NCBI GenBank assembly: GCA_963716255.1
Contig: OY970303.1
Coordinates: 1,280,001 to 1,344,000, forward strand
Source: an uncultured Gemmatimonadales bacterium
GTDB taxonomy: Bacteria; Gemmatimonadota; Gemmatimonadetes; Longimicrobiales; Longimicrobiaceae
Reading direction: 5' to 3'
Length of the DNA stretch: 64,000 bases
Shown: positions 40,318 through 49,503 of the stretch, piece by piece
Numbering within the stretch: the stretch's first letter is position 1
How the letters are laid out: the number at the start of each line of letters is the position of its first letter
Program-made: the position numbers and the translations under genes
The notes under the pieces: generated by a model
Told to the model about the DNA's origin: nothing
The model's input: only the letters and a program-made list of their open reading frames with translations
The model's database searches: none

Positions 40318-40545
40318 TGCGGCGATTGCAGATACGCAAACAGATCGCGGAATTGCGCACCGCCCGCCGCCGCGCCGCCGGCCCGGAAACCCGCGCGGGG
40401 CCTGCAACCTTGCACGGAGATACCTGCGCGGACGCGGCAAGGTTCCACCCGTTGGAACGAAACGCGTTACGATAGATCATCCCCAAAAGGGCGCTGCCCC
40501 GGGCGGGGCGCGTTCCCTCATGGGAACACGTGGACCCGCGCGCGC

Positions 40546-42135
40546 CTACTCCCGTCGTCGCTTCTCGCCGGGGGTCGCCGCGCGGACCAGCGACGCGACG
40601 CCCAGCCAGAACACCAGCAGCGCCACCGGCCAGGCGAAGAGGCGCGGGAAGACGGCGCCCAGCGCCGAAAGGAGGACGAGCAGGACGCCGAGCGCGGCCA
40701 CCCACCCGGAGTCCTCGCGGCCGATCATGCGCTGCCCCACCAGCGCGCGCCCGAGCACGGAGCCGGCGCGCGCCATCCGCCCGACGGCGCGCCCCACCGA
40801 GCCGCCGCGGTGTGCGCGGCGGCGCGCGGCGCGGGCGGAGGCACGGGTGGGCTTCTCGGCGTCGGCGGGGTGCTCGGCGACCAGGCGCTCGGTCTTGCGG
40901 CGCTCGCGCCGGCCGTGCCGGGCGCCGGGAGCGGTGAGGGTGATCTCCACCGCGGACTCCAGGTCGCGGAGGAACAGCTCCTCCATCTCGGCGGCGAACT
41001 CGCGGTCCAGCACCGCCACGTCCATCTCCCAGTTCCCCAGCAGCGACGCCAGGTTCATGTTGCTGGAGCCCACGCGCGACCACACCCCGTCGGCCACGGC
41101 GGTCTTGGCGTGGATCATGGGCCCCTCCCACTCGAAGAGCCGCACCCCGGCCTCCAGCAGCGGCCGGTACCCGGCGCGCGACAATCCCCCCACCACGGGC
41201 CAGTTGTTGAAGGCGGGGACGATGACGCGCACGTCCACGCCGTCGCGGGCGGCGGCGGCCAGCGCCTCGGCCATGGCGGGGGGCGCGACGAAGTACGGGT
41301 CGGTGATCCACAGCCGCCGCTCCACGCCCACGTTGATGAACTGCGACAGGCGGTAGATGCGGGACCGCCCCGGCTCCCCCTCCACCACGCGCACGGCCAC
41401 GTCGCCCACGCGGGGCGCGGTCTCGGGGTCGGGGATCTCCTCAGGCGGAAGCGGACGCCCGGCGATCCCCCAGGTGCGGGCGAAGGCCCGGTCGATCACG
41501 GCGGCCACGGGCCCGCGGAACTCCACGCCGGTGTCGCGCCAGGGCGGCACGCCCGCGGCCGGGTCGCCGGCCCACTCGTCGCCGATGCACATGCCGGCCA
41601 CCGAGGCGTACGTGCCGTCGGTCGCGACCACCTTGCGGTGGTCGCGCCGCAGCAGGTTGAGCGGGTCGCGAACGGCGGGCGGGGCGAAGGCGCGCACCCG
41701 CACACCCGCGTCGCGCATGGGCTTCCAGAAGCGCGCGGGCGTCGCCCAGCACCCCAGCCAGTCGTGGAGCACGCGCACCCGGACGCCGTCGCGAGCGCGG
41801 TCGGCGAGGGCGTCGCGGAAGATGCGGCCGGTGCGGTCGTCGCGGAGGATGTAGTTTTCCAGGTGGATCCACTCGCGTGCGCCCTCGATGGCGTCCAGCC
41901 ACGCCCGGAACGCCGTGGGCCCGTCCACCAGCAGGCGCGCGGAGTTGCCCCGCACCTGGTGGGCGTCGGAGGCCCGCAGCATGGCGCGCTCGGCCTGCCG
42001 CACCATGGTGCGGGTGATGGCGAACGAGCCCGGGCCGGGACGGTCCGGCTCGGCCCGCTGAAGGGACGTGAACCGGGGCTCGGGCCCCGGCTCCTGCTCC
42101 GGTGTGGGTGGGATCGCGCGCTCCGGTCGGTTCAT
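40546..42135 (-). CDS. Cardiolipin synthase / phospholipase D family protein
   Basis: Two HKD motifs (HRKVVATD, HAKTAVAD), GSSN; start uncertain (42135 or 42006). Confidence 0.88.
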   Translation of the reverse strand: MNRPERAIPPTPEQEPGPEPRFTSLQRAEPDRPGPGSFAITRTMVRQAERAMLRASDAHQVRGNSARLLVDGPTAFRAWLDAIEGAREWIHLENYILRDDRTGRIFRDALADRARDGVRVRVLHDWLGCWATPARFWKPMRDAGVRVRAFAPPAVRDPLNLLRRDHRKVVATDGTYASVAGMCIGDEWAGDPAAGVPPWRDTGVEFRGPVAAVIDRAFARTWGIAGRPLPPEEIPDPETAPRVGDVAVRVVEGEPGRSRIYRLSQFINVGVERRLWITDPYFVAPPAMAEALAAAARDGVDVRVIVPAFNNWPVVGGLSRAGYRPLLEAGVRLFEWEGPMIHAKTAVADGVWSRVGSSNMNLASLLGNWEMDVAVLDREFAAEMEELFLRDLESAVEITLTAPGARHGRRERRKTERLVAEHPADAEKPTRASARAARRRAHRGGSVGRAVGRMARAGSVLGRALVGQRMIGREDSGWVAALGVLLVLLSALGAVFPRLFAWPVALLVFWLGVASLVRAATPGEKRRRE

Positions 42136-42180
42136 CGACGACGGCTGACGGTGGATTTCGAGGCGCTGTTCGGATGCCTC

Positions 42181-42338
42181 GGGGCCGCTCCGGAGCCGGA
42201 CGATACTGCCGTCCGTCTCCTGCGCGGGTCGCGGAGCCACCGGAAACTGCCCCGGTGTCTCCGCTCCGGCTGCGGGAGCCTCGCACGATACCGCCGTGCG
42301 AGTCTCCCTCCGCGACAGTCTATGGATAACACGGGAAC
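42181..42338 (-). repeat. Family A repeat, copy A5 (inverted)
   Basis: Reverse complement of A1 over modules 2-3; first module has a 6-bp variant stem. Confidence 0.9.
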
Positions 42339-42391
42339 CCCCGCAGGGCGAGGTTCGTGCCGCGGGGGAGGAATCGGTGGCGGGTGGGGGT

Positions 42392-43294
42392 CTACAGCGC
42401 GGCGAGGGCTTCGCGGAGGGCGGTGCGCGTCTGCGGCACGTAGCCGCCGCCGAACAGGTTGACGTGCACCAGCAGGTAGAAGAGCTGGTAGGCGGCGCGG
42501 CGCCCCTCGCGGTAGCCGGGGAAGAGGGGCCAGACCTCGCCGTAGGCGTCGTGGAAGCGATCCGGGAAGCCGCCGAACAGGTCGGCCATGGCGAGGTCCA
42601 CCTCGCGGTGGCCGAGGTACGTGGCGGGGTCCACCAGGCAGGGCTCGCCGGCGGCGGATGCGAGCACGTTGCCGCTCCACAGGTCGCCGTGCAGCATGGA
42701 CGGGACGACCACGTCGCCGGGGGCGAAGAGGTCCGGGAGGCCGGCGAACAGGCGCTCCCAGTCGCGGGGGTCGCCGGGGGCGTGGCCGGCATCGCGGGCG
42801 CGGCGGAGCTGCGGCTCCAGCCGCCGATCGCGCCAGAACTCGGCCCAGTCGGCGGCCTCCGCGTTGGGCTGCGGGAGCGTGGCGATGAAGTTGTCCTCGC
42901 GCCAGCCGATGCGCCCCTCGGTGCCGCGGTGCAGCAGCGCCAGCCCGCGCCCCAGCCGCTCGCCGAAGCCGGAATCGCGCGGGCCGGTCTCGATCCACTC
43001 CATCAGGATCCACCCGGGCTCCCCGGGGGCGCCCTCCTCCGCCGGGTCGAACACGGCGCGCACCTCGGGGATGCGCAGCCCGTGGTCCGCGGCGTAACGC
43101 AGCGCGTCCAGGGAGCGCGCCTCAGCGGGGAACATGCCGGCGGGGGGGTTTTCGTCGTACTTGAGGAAGGCGGGGCCGTCGGCCAGCTCCAGGCGGAGCG
43201 CGGCACCGGTGCTCCCGCCGCCCACGGGGCGGACGCCGCGCACCGGCCCGCAGCGCGCCTCCACCCGCCGCCGCACGGCGTCCGGGAGGGTCAC
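42392..43294 (-). CDS. Fructosamine/ketosamine kinase family protein
   Basis: EARSLDAL, LHGDLWSGN, LVDPATYLGHREVDLAM, HVNLFG; GTG start overlapping the PTP stop. Confidence 0.9.
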   Translation of the reverse strand: MTLPDAVRRRVEARCGPVRGVRPVGGGSTGAALRLELADGPAFLKYDENPPAGMFPAEARSLDALRYAADHGLRIPEVRAVFDPAEEGAPGEPGWILMEWIETGPRDSGFGERLGRGLALLHRGTEGRIGWREDNFIATLPQPNAEAADWAEFWRDRRLEPQLRRARDAGHAPGDPRDWERLFAGLPDLFAPGDVVVPSMLHGDLWSGNVLASAAGEPCLVDPATYLGHREVDLAMADLFGGFPDRFHDAYGEVWPLFPGYREGRRAAYQLFYLLVHVNLFGGGYVPQTRTALREALAAL

Positions 43295-43779
43295 GCGGCG
43301 CCCCGTTCCCGGAGCAGGTGGTCGAGGAGGGCGGCGCAGGAGCGCTCCACCATGTCGTGCACGTCCTCGAAGCCGCGGGCGCCGCCGTAGTACGGGTCGG
43401 GAACGTCCAGCCCGCCCGCCTCGGGATCCCACTCGCGCAGCCGGTGCACGTGCGCGGTGCCGCCGGCCGCGGCGCGGAGCGCCTCGATCTCCGCGAGGTT
43501 GTCGGCGTCCATGGCGATCACGTAGTCGAAGCGGCTCAGGTCGCGCGCGGCGAGCTGGCGGCTGCTGCCGGCGACCCGTACGCCGCGGGCGAGCGCGGTC
43601 GCGGCGCTGCGGCGGTCGGGCGGGGCGCCCACGTGGTAGCCGGAGGTGCCGGCGGAGTCGATCTCGAAGCGGTCCTCCACGCCGCGCTCGCGGGCCAGGT
43701 GGCGGAACACCGACTCGGCCAGCGGCGAGCGGCAGATGTTGCCCATGCAGACGAACAGCAGGCGGATCGGATCGGCCAT
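43291..43779 (-). CDS. Low-molecular-weight protein-tyrosine phosphatase
   Basis: VCMGNICRS P-loop, DSAGT, VPDPYY. Confidence 0.94.
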   Translation of the reverse strand: MADPIRLLFVCMGNICRSPLAESVFRHLARERGVEDRFEIDSAGTSGYHVGAPPDRRSAATALARGVRVAGSSRQLAARDLSRFDYVIAMDADNLAEIEALRAAAGGTAHVHRLREWDPEAGGLDVPDPYYGGARGFEDVHDMVERSCAALLDHLLRERGAA

Positions 43780-43960
43780 GTCCCCGGATCTCCAGTTGGC
43801 CGCCGGCCGCGGGATCGCCGCGCACCCGGCGGAGCACGAAGCGCAGACGCGCGTCCGGCGCTTCCTGGAGCTTGTCGAAGGAGGCGCCCGTGCGCCAGGG
43901 GTGGGATCGAAGGCGGGAGGAACGGCGGCCGGGTACGGCGTCCGCGCCGCGAGCCGGGGT

Positions 43961-44386
43961 CTACTCGCGCGGCGGGACGGGAATCGTGGAGGCTCCGAGG
44001 CGGCGGCTCCGCCGGGGCGAGCGGGAGCGCAGGGCCATGGCGGCGGCGGCAAAGCCCAGCAGTGCGCCTGGAAATCCCATCATCCCGTCGCCGACCAGAC
44101 CCAGCAGGGAGCCGGCGAGCGTGCCGAGCGCCGTGCCGCCGATGGCCTTCCAGAGCGGGACGCGGCGCATGAGCAGCCACGCCGCGACGGGCCCAAGCAC
44201 CGCCCCCATCGCCGCGCCGTACATGCCGACGAACGGGAGGGCGGCGGCCAGCTCCCGGTACGGCCGCGGCAAGTCGGCCAGCGGCAGCATCCACACCGTG
44301 AACGCCAGCACCCCCACCAGGGCGCCGACCAGGGCGCCCGCGGCCACCAGCCCGGCCGTGACGGCGGCGATGCGCACGATCCTCAT
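43961..44386 (-). CDS. Small hypothetical membrane protein (paralog 1)
   Basis: About four Gly/Ala-rich TM segments; GGAGG RBS; LGPVAAWLLMRRVPL. Confidence 0.7.
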   Translation of the reverse strand: MRIVRIAAVTAGLVAAGALVGALVGVLAFTVWMLPLADLPRPYRELAAALPFVGMYGAAMGAVLGPVAAWLLMRRVPLWKAIGGTALGTLAGSLLGLVGDGMMGFPGALLGFAAAAMALRSRSPRRSRRLGASTIPVPPRE

Positions 44387-44510
44387 CTCAAGACCTCCCT
44401 CTGGGTCGACGCTGCCGCACAGGAGCCGCATTCGCGGGCCGCGGCACGGCGCGGCTCCGGCAGCGGAGCGAACCCCGACGCCGACGCCCGCCGGAAGCGA
44501 CGGGCAGCGG

Positions 44511-44960
44511 TCAGACGCGCGGCAGGAACCAGGCGAATGGCGCGCCGATGCGGCGGTTCTCCCTGGGCGTGCTGACGTTCAGGTACACGGTGGAGGCGCC
44601 GAGGCCCAGGAGAGGATACAGGAGGAACCCGTTGTCCCCGATCCCCGTCGCGAGTCCCACCCCCACCCCCGCGATCGTCGCCGCAAGCGCCCCCAGCGCC
44701 GTGCCGCCGACGGCGCGCCCGAGCGGCACGTGGCGCATCAGCAGCCACGCCGCCACGGGCCCGAGCAGCGCCCCGGCCGTGGCGCCAACCACCGTGAGGA
44801 ACACGGTGCCCAGCAAGGCGAAGTAGAGCCCGGGAAGATCCCCTTCGAAGAACTTCAGCGCCAGCAGACTGATGGTGAAGCCGAAGCCGACGACGCTTCC
44901 CGCGGCGGCGCCCGCGCCCATGAGCCCCGCCGTGATGGTGGCGATGCGCTTGATCAGCAT
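44511..44960 (-). CDS. Small hypothetical membrane protein (paralog 2)
   Basis: GGAGGAGG RBS; LGPVAAWLLMRHVPL shared with the neighbouring gene. Confidence 0.7.
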   Translation of the reverse strand: MLIKRIATITAGLMGAGAAAGSVVGFGFTISLLALKFFEGDLPGLYFALLGTVFLTVVGATAGALLGPVAAWLLMRHVPLGRAVGGTALGALAATIAGVGVGLATGIGDNGFLLYPLLGLGASTVYLNVSTPRENRRIGAPFAWFLPRV

Positions 44961-45007
44961 ACCCGGACCTCCTCCAGAGTGTTCTTTGCGATACAAAGTT
45001 CTTCACT

Positions 45008-45036
45008 AGAGTACATCCGGACGGACCGGGTGTCAA
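45008..45036 (-). promoter_or_regulatory. Sigma70-type promoter for the membrane-protein pair
   Basis: Minus strand TTGACA-17 nt-TACTCT. Confidence 0.6.
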
Positions 45037-45111
45037 GGGAATCTCGACGCCGCTGGCGGGGAGCGGGCCGCTCCAGTTCGAACAACGGCGGTCTTGGGAA
45101 ACAGAGGGAGG

Positions 45112-45906
45112 TTACTCGCGGTCGACGCCGGGCTCGGCCTGCAGCGCGCGGCGGAGCCGGCGCGTCTCCTCGCGGAGGTCGCGGAGGCCGGTGAGCTTGT
45201 TGGCGGTGGCGGCCTGCATGGCGAACAGGACGGCCGCGGCGTCGGGATCGGCGCGGAGTCGCGCCACGTCCACCCCGTCCGAGGTGATGTCGCCCAGGAA
45301 GGCGCGGCGCATGAACGGGAGCGCGCGGGCCATGGGGCCGGCTCCGCTGGTCACGATCTCGCGGAACTGCCCCTGCCGCTCGCTCTCGCTCTCCACCGCG
45401 GCCGCGTACGAGGCGAGCCGGGCGCGGAGCGAATCGCTGCGCACCAGCCGCAGGTCGCCGGTGCCGAGAAGCGCACGGTAGCTGCCCGCGAGCGGCTGGA
45501 AGTTGGACGAGACCCCGCTCCGCCCCACCCAGCGCACCAGGGAGTTGGCCGGCGGGGGCGCGCCGGTGCCGGTGAGCGCGTCGATGGCGAGGGCCGCGGA
45601 CCGCGCCGCGGCGCTGTCCGTGGCGATGGCCTCGTCCAGCCTGCGCTCGTTCTCGCGTGTGTCGGAAAGGAGCTGGCGCAGGTAGTCGCGCTCGCGCCCG
45701 CGCTCCTCGTGGCCCTGCCACCACGCCTGCGCGGCGAGCGCGCAGAGCACGCCGGCGACGATGGTGGCGAACTCGCGCAGCGCCGTGCGCCACCCGGCCG
45801 CCGCCCCGGCGAGGACGGGCGGTCGCGCGACGAGCGGGGGCTCCGGGTGCGGCGGCTCCGGCGCGTCGGGCGGAGCCGGCGGAACGACGTGGCCGGTGGC
45901 GGACAT
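45112..45906 (-). CDS. Hypothetical single-TM protein (DUF6090-like)
   Basis: REFATIVAGVLCALAAQAWW followed by a charged coiled segment; family assignment from memory. Confidence 0.6.
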   Translation of the reverse strand: MSATGHVVPPAPPDAPEPPHPEPPLVARPPVLAGAAAGWRTALREFATIVAGVLCALAAQAWWQGHEERGRERDYLRQLLSDTRENERRLDEAIATDSAAARSAALAIDALTGTGAPPPANSLVRWVGRSGVSSNFQPLAGSYRALLGTGDLRLVRSDSLRARLASYAAAVESESERQGQFREIVTSGAGPMARALPFMRRAFLGDITSDGVDVARLRADPDAAAVLFAMQAATANKLTGLRDLREETRRLRRALQAEPGVDRE

Positions 45907-45949
45907 GGGCTCCCGCGTGCGGGTGTGTGGCGAGGGGCGTCGGCGGATG

Positions 45950-46399
45950 CTACGGCTGCGGGCGGAACCCTGGGCGGAAGTCCCACAGCACGTTGACGAT
46001 CTTCCACTCGCCGTTCCAGCGGGCCAGGTGCATGTAGTCCACCAGCTTGGTGGAGACGAGGCGGACGCTCGCCATGTCGCCGTCCATGGTGAGGATGCGC
46101 ACGTCCTTCTGCTGCCGCTCGGGAGGCACGTCCTTGCCGGCGCCCAGCCGCGTGGCGTAAACCAGGGCGTCGGCCGTGGTGGGGGAGAGCAGGGACCGGC
46201 CCCCCGCGTCCCGGTGCACGATGCGCTTGGCGAGGTCCGGGTGGACGGCGCGCTGCATCCGCGCCGCGTCGCCGCCATACCACCCTTCGATGTAGTCCAG
46301 CGCGGCGCGCCGCACCGCCGCCGAGTCCGCGGCGCTCTGCGCGCGCAGCGCGGCGGGGGATGCCAGCAGGAGTGCGAGAACCGGGAGCAGCTTTCTCAT
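45950..46399 (-). CDS. Secreted NTF2-like (putative lumazine-binding) protein
   Basis: Signal peptide; ALDYIEGWYGGDAARM, DYMHLARWNGEWKIVNVLW. Confidence 0.8.
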   Translation of the reverse strand: MRKLLPVLALLLASPAALRAQSAADSAAVRRAALDYIEGWYGGDAARMQRAVHPDLAKRIVHRDAGGRSLLSPTTADALVYATRLGAGKDVPPERQQKDVRILTMDGDMASVRLVSTKLVDYMHLARWNGEWKIVNVLWDFRPGFRPQP

Positions 46400-46559
46400 G
46401 GCGACGTGGGGGCCTGGGTGAGCGGGAACGGGCATGGATCCGGACGGACCGGCCGCAAGAGGCATGCTCTCCGGTGCGGGCGGGGCGGGCCGCCGCACGG
46501 GCGCCCGTGTGGACGGGGACTTGCAGCCGGGCGCCGCCGGACCCCAGACCCGAGCCCCG

Positions 46560-47120
46560 ATGCCCGCCGTAGAGATCCCCGCCAACGCGCTCGTCGTCCT
46601 CGTGGGCCCGTCCGGCTGCGGCAAGAGCACCTTCGCGCGGCGCCGTTTCCGCGACACGGAGGTGGTGTCGTCGGACGGGTGCCGGCGGCTGGTGGCGGAC
46701 GACGAGGCGGACCAGTCCGCGACGGCGCAGGCGTTCGAGGTGTTCCACGCCATCGTGCGGGGGCGGCTGTCGCTGGGGCGCCTGGCCGTGGCCGACGCCA
46801 CCAACCTGAGCCCCGGCGCCCGCGCCCGCCTGCGCGGGGAGGCCGCGCGCTGGGACGCGCCCGCGGTGGTGCTGGTGCTGGACGTGCCGCTGGCGACCTG
46901 CCTTGCGCAGAACCTGGAGCGCGCCCGCCGGGTGCGGCCGGAGGTGATCGAGCTGCACCACGCGCAGCTCGCGGCGGCACGCGCCGCGCTGCCGGACGAG
47001 GGTTTCGACGCGGTGCACGCGGTGGGGCCGGACGCGGAGGTCGCCATCGGCCCGGCGGTGCGGAGGCCGCCCGCATCCCGGACCACGCCAGGCGCGCGCA
47101 GTTCCGCAGTACCCCCATGA
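46560..47120 (+). CDS. P-loop kinase (AAA_33; resembles the kinase domain of bacterial Pnkp)
   Basis: LVVLVGPSGCGKSTFA, VSSD..R, DATN. Confidence 0.82.
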   Translation: MPAVEIPANALVVLVGPSGCGKSTFARRRFRDTEVVSSDGCRRLVADDEADQSATAQAFEVFHAIVRGRLSLGRLAVADATNLSPGARARLRGEAARWDAPAVVLVLDVPLATCLAQNLERARRVRPEVIELHHAQLAAARAALPDEGFDAVHAVGPDAEVAIGPAVRRPPASRTTPGARSSAVPP

Positions 47121-47258
47121 TCCGTTGCGGAGGGGGACAGCCGGGTAGTTTCGGCTGGCTCACTCCGCGGGCGGGGAGACTCGCGGGCCGTTTCGCGAGG
47201 CTCACCGACCCCGCGGAGGAAACAGGCCGGCAGTTTGGCCTGGTTCCGTAGCGGCCCC
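47098..47258 (+). repeat. Family A repeat, copy A6
   Basis: Three hairpin modules; overlaps the kinase stop codon. Confidence 0.9.
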
Positions 47259-47270
47259 GCCGCCGAAGCT

Positions 47271-48608
47271 TTACCTCCCCGCCCCGCTCAGGAAGTCCAC
47301 GGCCATGTACGCCATGGTGCGGACCCCCACGGGCAGCGCCCCCTCGTCGGCAAGGAACTGCGGCGAGTGGTTGGCGGGTGCCCGCGCCGGGTCCTGCCCC
47401 TGTGGCACGATTCCCAGGAAGAAGAACATCCCCGGGACCTCCTTCTGGTAGTACGAGAAGTCCTCCGCGGCCGTGATCGGCAGCACCGTGCCGACGTTGT
47501 CCGCCCCCACGACGCGCGCGAGGGTGGGCGCCATGCGGGCCGTGAGCTCGGCGTGGTTGTAGGTGACGGCGGCCAGCTCGCGGATCTCCACCTCGGCGGT
47601 GCCCCCGGCGCTCTGCGCGATGAGCTGCGCGGTGCGGCGGATGCGCTCGTGGGCCTCGCGCTGCATCCCGGCGTCGAAGGTGCGCACGGTGCCCAGCATC
47701 ACCACGGAATCGGGGATGATGTTCTGGCGGATGCCGCCCTGGATGCTGCCGATGGTGACCACGGCGGGCGCCACGGTGAGGTTGAGCTGCCGCGAGGGGA
47801 TGGTCTGGAGCGCGCCGACGATCTGCGACGCGATGACGATGGGGTCCACTCCGCCCCACGGCACGGCGCCGTGCGTCTGCCGGCCGCGCACCACGATGCG
47901 CATGTTGTCGGCGGCGGCCATGGTGCCCAGCGGGCGGAAGTGCAGCGTCCCCACCGGCTGGGTCCACACGTGCATCCCGAAGACGGCGTCTGGCCGGGGG
48001 TCCTGGAGCGCTCCCTCGCGGATCATCAGCCGCGCGCCTCCGTCCTCGCCGGCGGGCGGGCCCTCCTCGGCGGGCTGGAAGAGGAAGACGACGGTGCCGG
48101 GGATCCGCTCGCGCATGCCGGCGAGCACCTGCGCGGCGCCCATCAGCATGGCGGTGTGCAGGTCGTGCCCGCAGGCGTGCATCACGCCCACGTCCTGCCC
48201 GTTGTACGTGGTCCGCACCGTCGACTTGAAGGGCAGCTCCACCTGCTCGGTGACGGGGAGCGCGTCCATGTCCGCCCGCAGCGCGACCACGGGGCCGGGG
48301 CGCCCGCCGCGCAGCACGCCCACCACGCCGGTGCGGGCGACGGGGTAGCGCACCGCAATGCCCAGGCTGCGCAGGTGGTCGGCGACCAGCCTGCCGGTGC
48401 GGGTCTCGCGGTTGGACAGCTCGGGGTGCTGGTGGATGTCGCGGCGCCAGGCCACGACCTTGGGCTGGACCTCGGCGGCGCGGCGGTCCACCTCGGCGCG
48501 GAGGGCGGCGCCGTCCTGCGCGGCGGCGGGGGCGGCGCCCGCCAGCGCGAGGAGGGCGAGGGCGGCGGCGAGGCGGGCACGGCGTGCTGCGATCGGTCGG
48601 GAGGTCAT
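47271..48608 (-). CDS. Secreted M20D amidohydrolase
   Basis: HQHPELSNRE, LRADMDALP, MHACGHD, FQPAEE, AEDFS, NHSP. Confidence 0.92.
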   Translation of the reverse strand: MTSRPIAARRARLAAALALLALAGAAPAAAQDGAALRAEVDRRAAEVQPKVVAWRRDIHQHPELSNRETRTGRLVADHLRSLGIAVRYPVARTGVVGVLRGGRPGPVVALRADMDALPVTEQVELPFKSTVRTTYNGQDVGVMHACGHDLHTAMLMGAAQVLAGMRERIPGTVVFLFQPAEEGPPAGEDGGARLMIREGALQDPRPDAVFGMHVWTQPVGTLHFRPLGTMAAADNMRIVVRGRQTHGAVPWGGVDPIVIASQIVGALQTIPSRQLNLTVAPAVVTIGSIQGGIRQNIIPDSVVMLGTVRTFDAGMQREAHERIRRTAQLIAQSAGGTAEVEIRELAAVTYNHAELTARMAPTLARVVGADNVGTVLPITAAEDFSYYQKEVPGMFFFLGIVPQGQDPARAPANHSPQFLADEGALPVGVRTMAYMAVDFLSGAGR

Positions 48609-48764
48609 CGTGGATCCGGGGTGCAGATCGGGTGGGCGCGGCGGGTGTCCCAAGGTTACGGAGGCGCGGGGAAGCCGTCAAACGGCGGAGCCCCGCCGGG
48701 GCTCTCCAGCACAAGCACAAGACGCTCCCCTCCAAACACTTACGCATACCGAACCGGACCCCCG

Positions 48765-48780
48765 CGGCCCGCCATTTGCA
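48765..48780 (+). promoter_or_regulatory. Putative sigma54 (-24/-12) promoter
   Basis: cGGcccgccattTGCa = GG-N10-GC; IHF-like caa-acac-tta about 25 nt upstream. Confidence 0.5.
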
Positions 48781-48840
48781 CTCCCTCGGAGCCCCCGCCC
48801 GGGAGCAGGGCGGCCGAACCCGACCCAAAGGAGGAATCCA

Positions 48841-49425
48841 ATGCGAGGCTACGGACGCGACTATCAGGACCAGCAGCGGTACCGGAGCGGCGGGAGCGAG
48901 GACTACCGCGACCGCATGCGCCACAACCCGTCGTGGGAGGACGAGGCGTACGGCAGCCGCAGGTACGGCTCCGGCATGCAGGGCGGCGGCTACGGCGGCG
49001 GCGGGTACCAGGGCGGCGGGTACGGCGGCGGCCGCGACGTGGGCGGAAGCAGCTGGCGGAACCGCAGCTACATGGCGGGCGAGGGCAGCGGCGGGATGGG
49101 GAGCGGCCACCGCTATGGGCGTGGCTACGTCGACTACGGCCAGGGCGACTACGGCCAGGCCGACTCCTCCCGCCGGCAGCCGATGAGCAGCCGCGGCGGC
49201 GGGATGGGCTACGACCGCGGGATGATGAGCCGCCCGGTGCAGCCGTACGGCCGCGGCCACAGCGGCGCGGGCGGCTACGGGATGAGCCGGGGCACCGGCC
49301 CCACCGACGCCGGCATGGGGATGGGCGGCGACTCCGGCGGCCCGTTCGGAAACCCCACCAGCCGGGGCGACTACTTCCTCGGGTACGGCGCGTCGAGCCG
49401 GCGGGGATACTCGCCGTTCTGGTGA
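48841..49425 (+). CDS. Gly/Tyr/Arg/Ser-rich low-complexity protein
   Basis: AAAGGAGG RBS then ATG; GGGYGGG and GDYGQ repeats; GC3-biased codons. Confidence 0.75.
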   Translation: MRGYGRDYQDQQRYRSGGSEDYRDRMRHNPSWEDEAYGSRRYGSGMQGGGYGGGGYQGGGYGGGRDVGGSSWRNRSYMAGEGSGGMGSGHRYGRGYVDYGQGDYGQADSSRRQPMSSRGGGMGYDRGMMSRPVQPYGRGHSGAGGYGMSRGTGPTDAGMGMGGDSGGPFGNPTSRGDYFLGYGASSRRGYSPFW

Positions 49426-49503
49426 GCCCGTCGGCCTGACGGGATGGAAGTGGGGCCCCGCGCCGGGATCGGCGCGGGGCCCCTCCGTTCGTCGGTCCGG
49501 CGC

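Noticed and set aside
40199..40545. Riboswitch upstream of the MltD-like gene
   Set aside because: No recognisable aptamer consensus; a plain sigma70 promoter explains the AT-rich patch.
46560..47120. Pnkp-Hen1 RNA repair system
   Set aside because: Only the kinase module is present; no phosphatase/ligase domains or Hen1.
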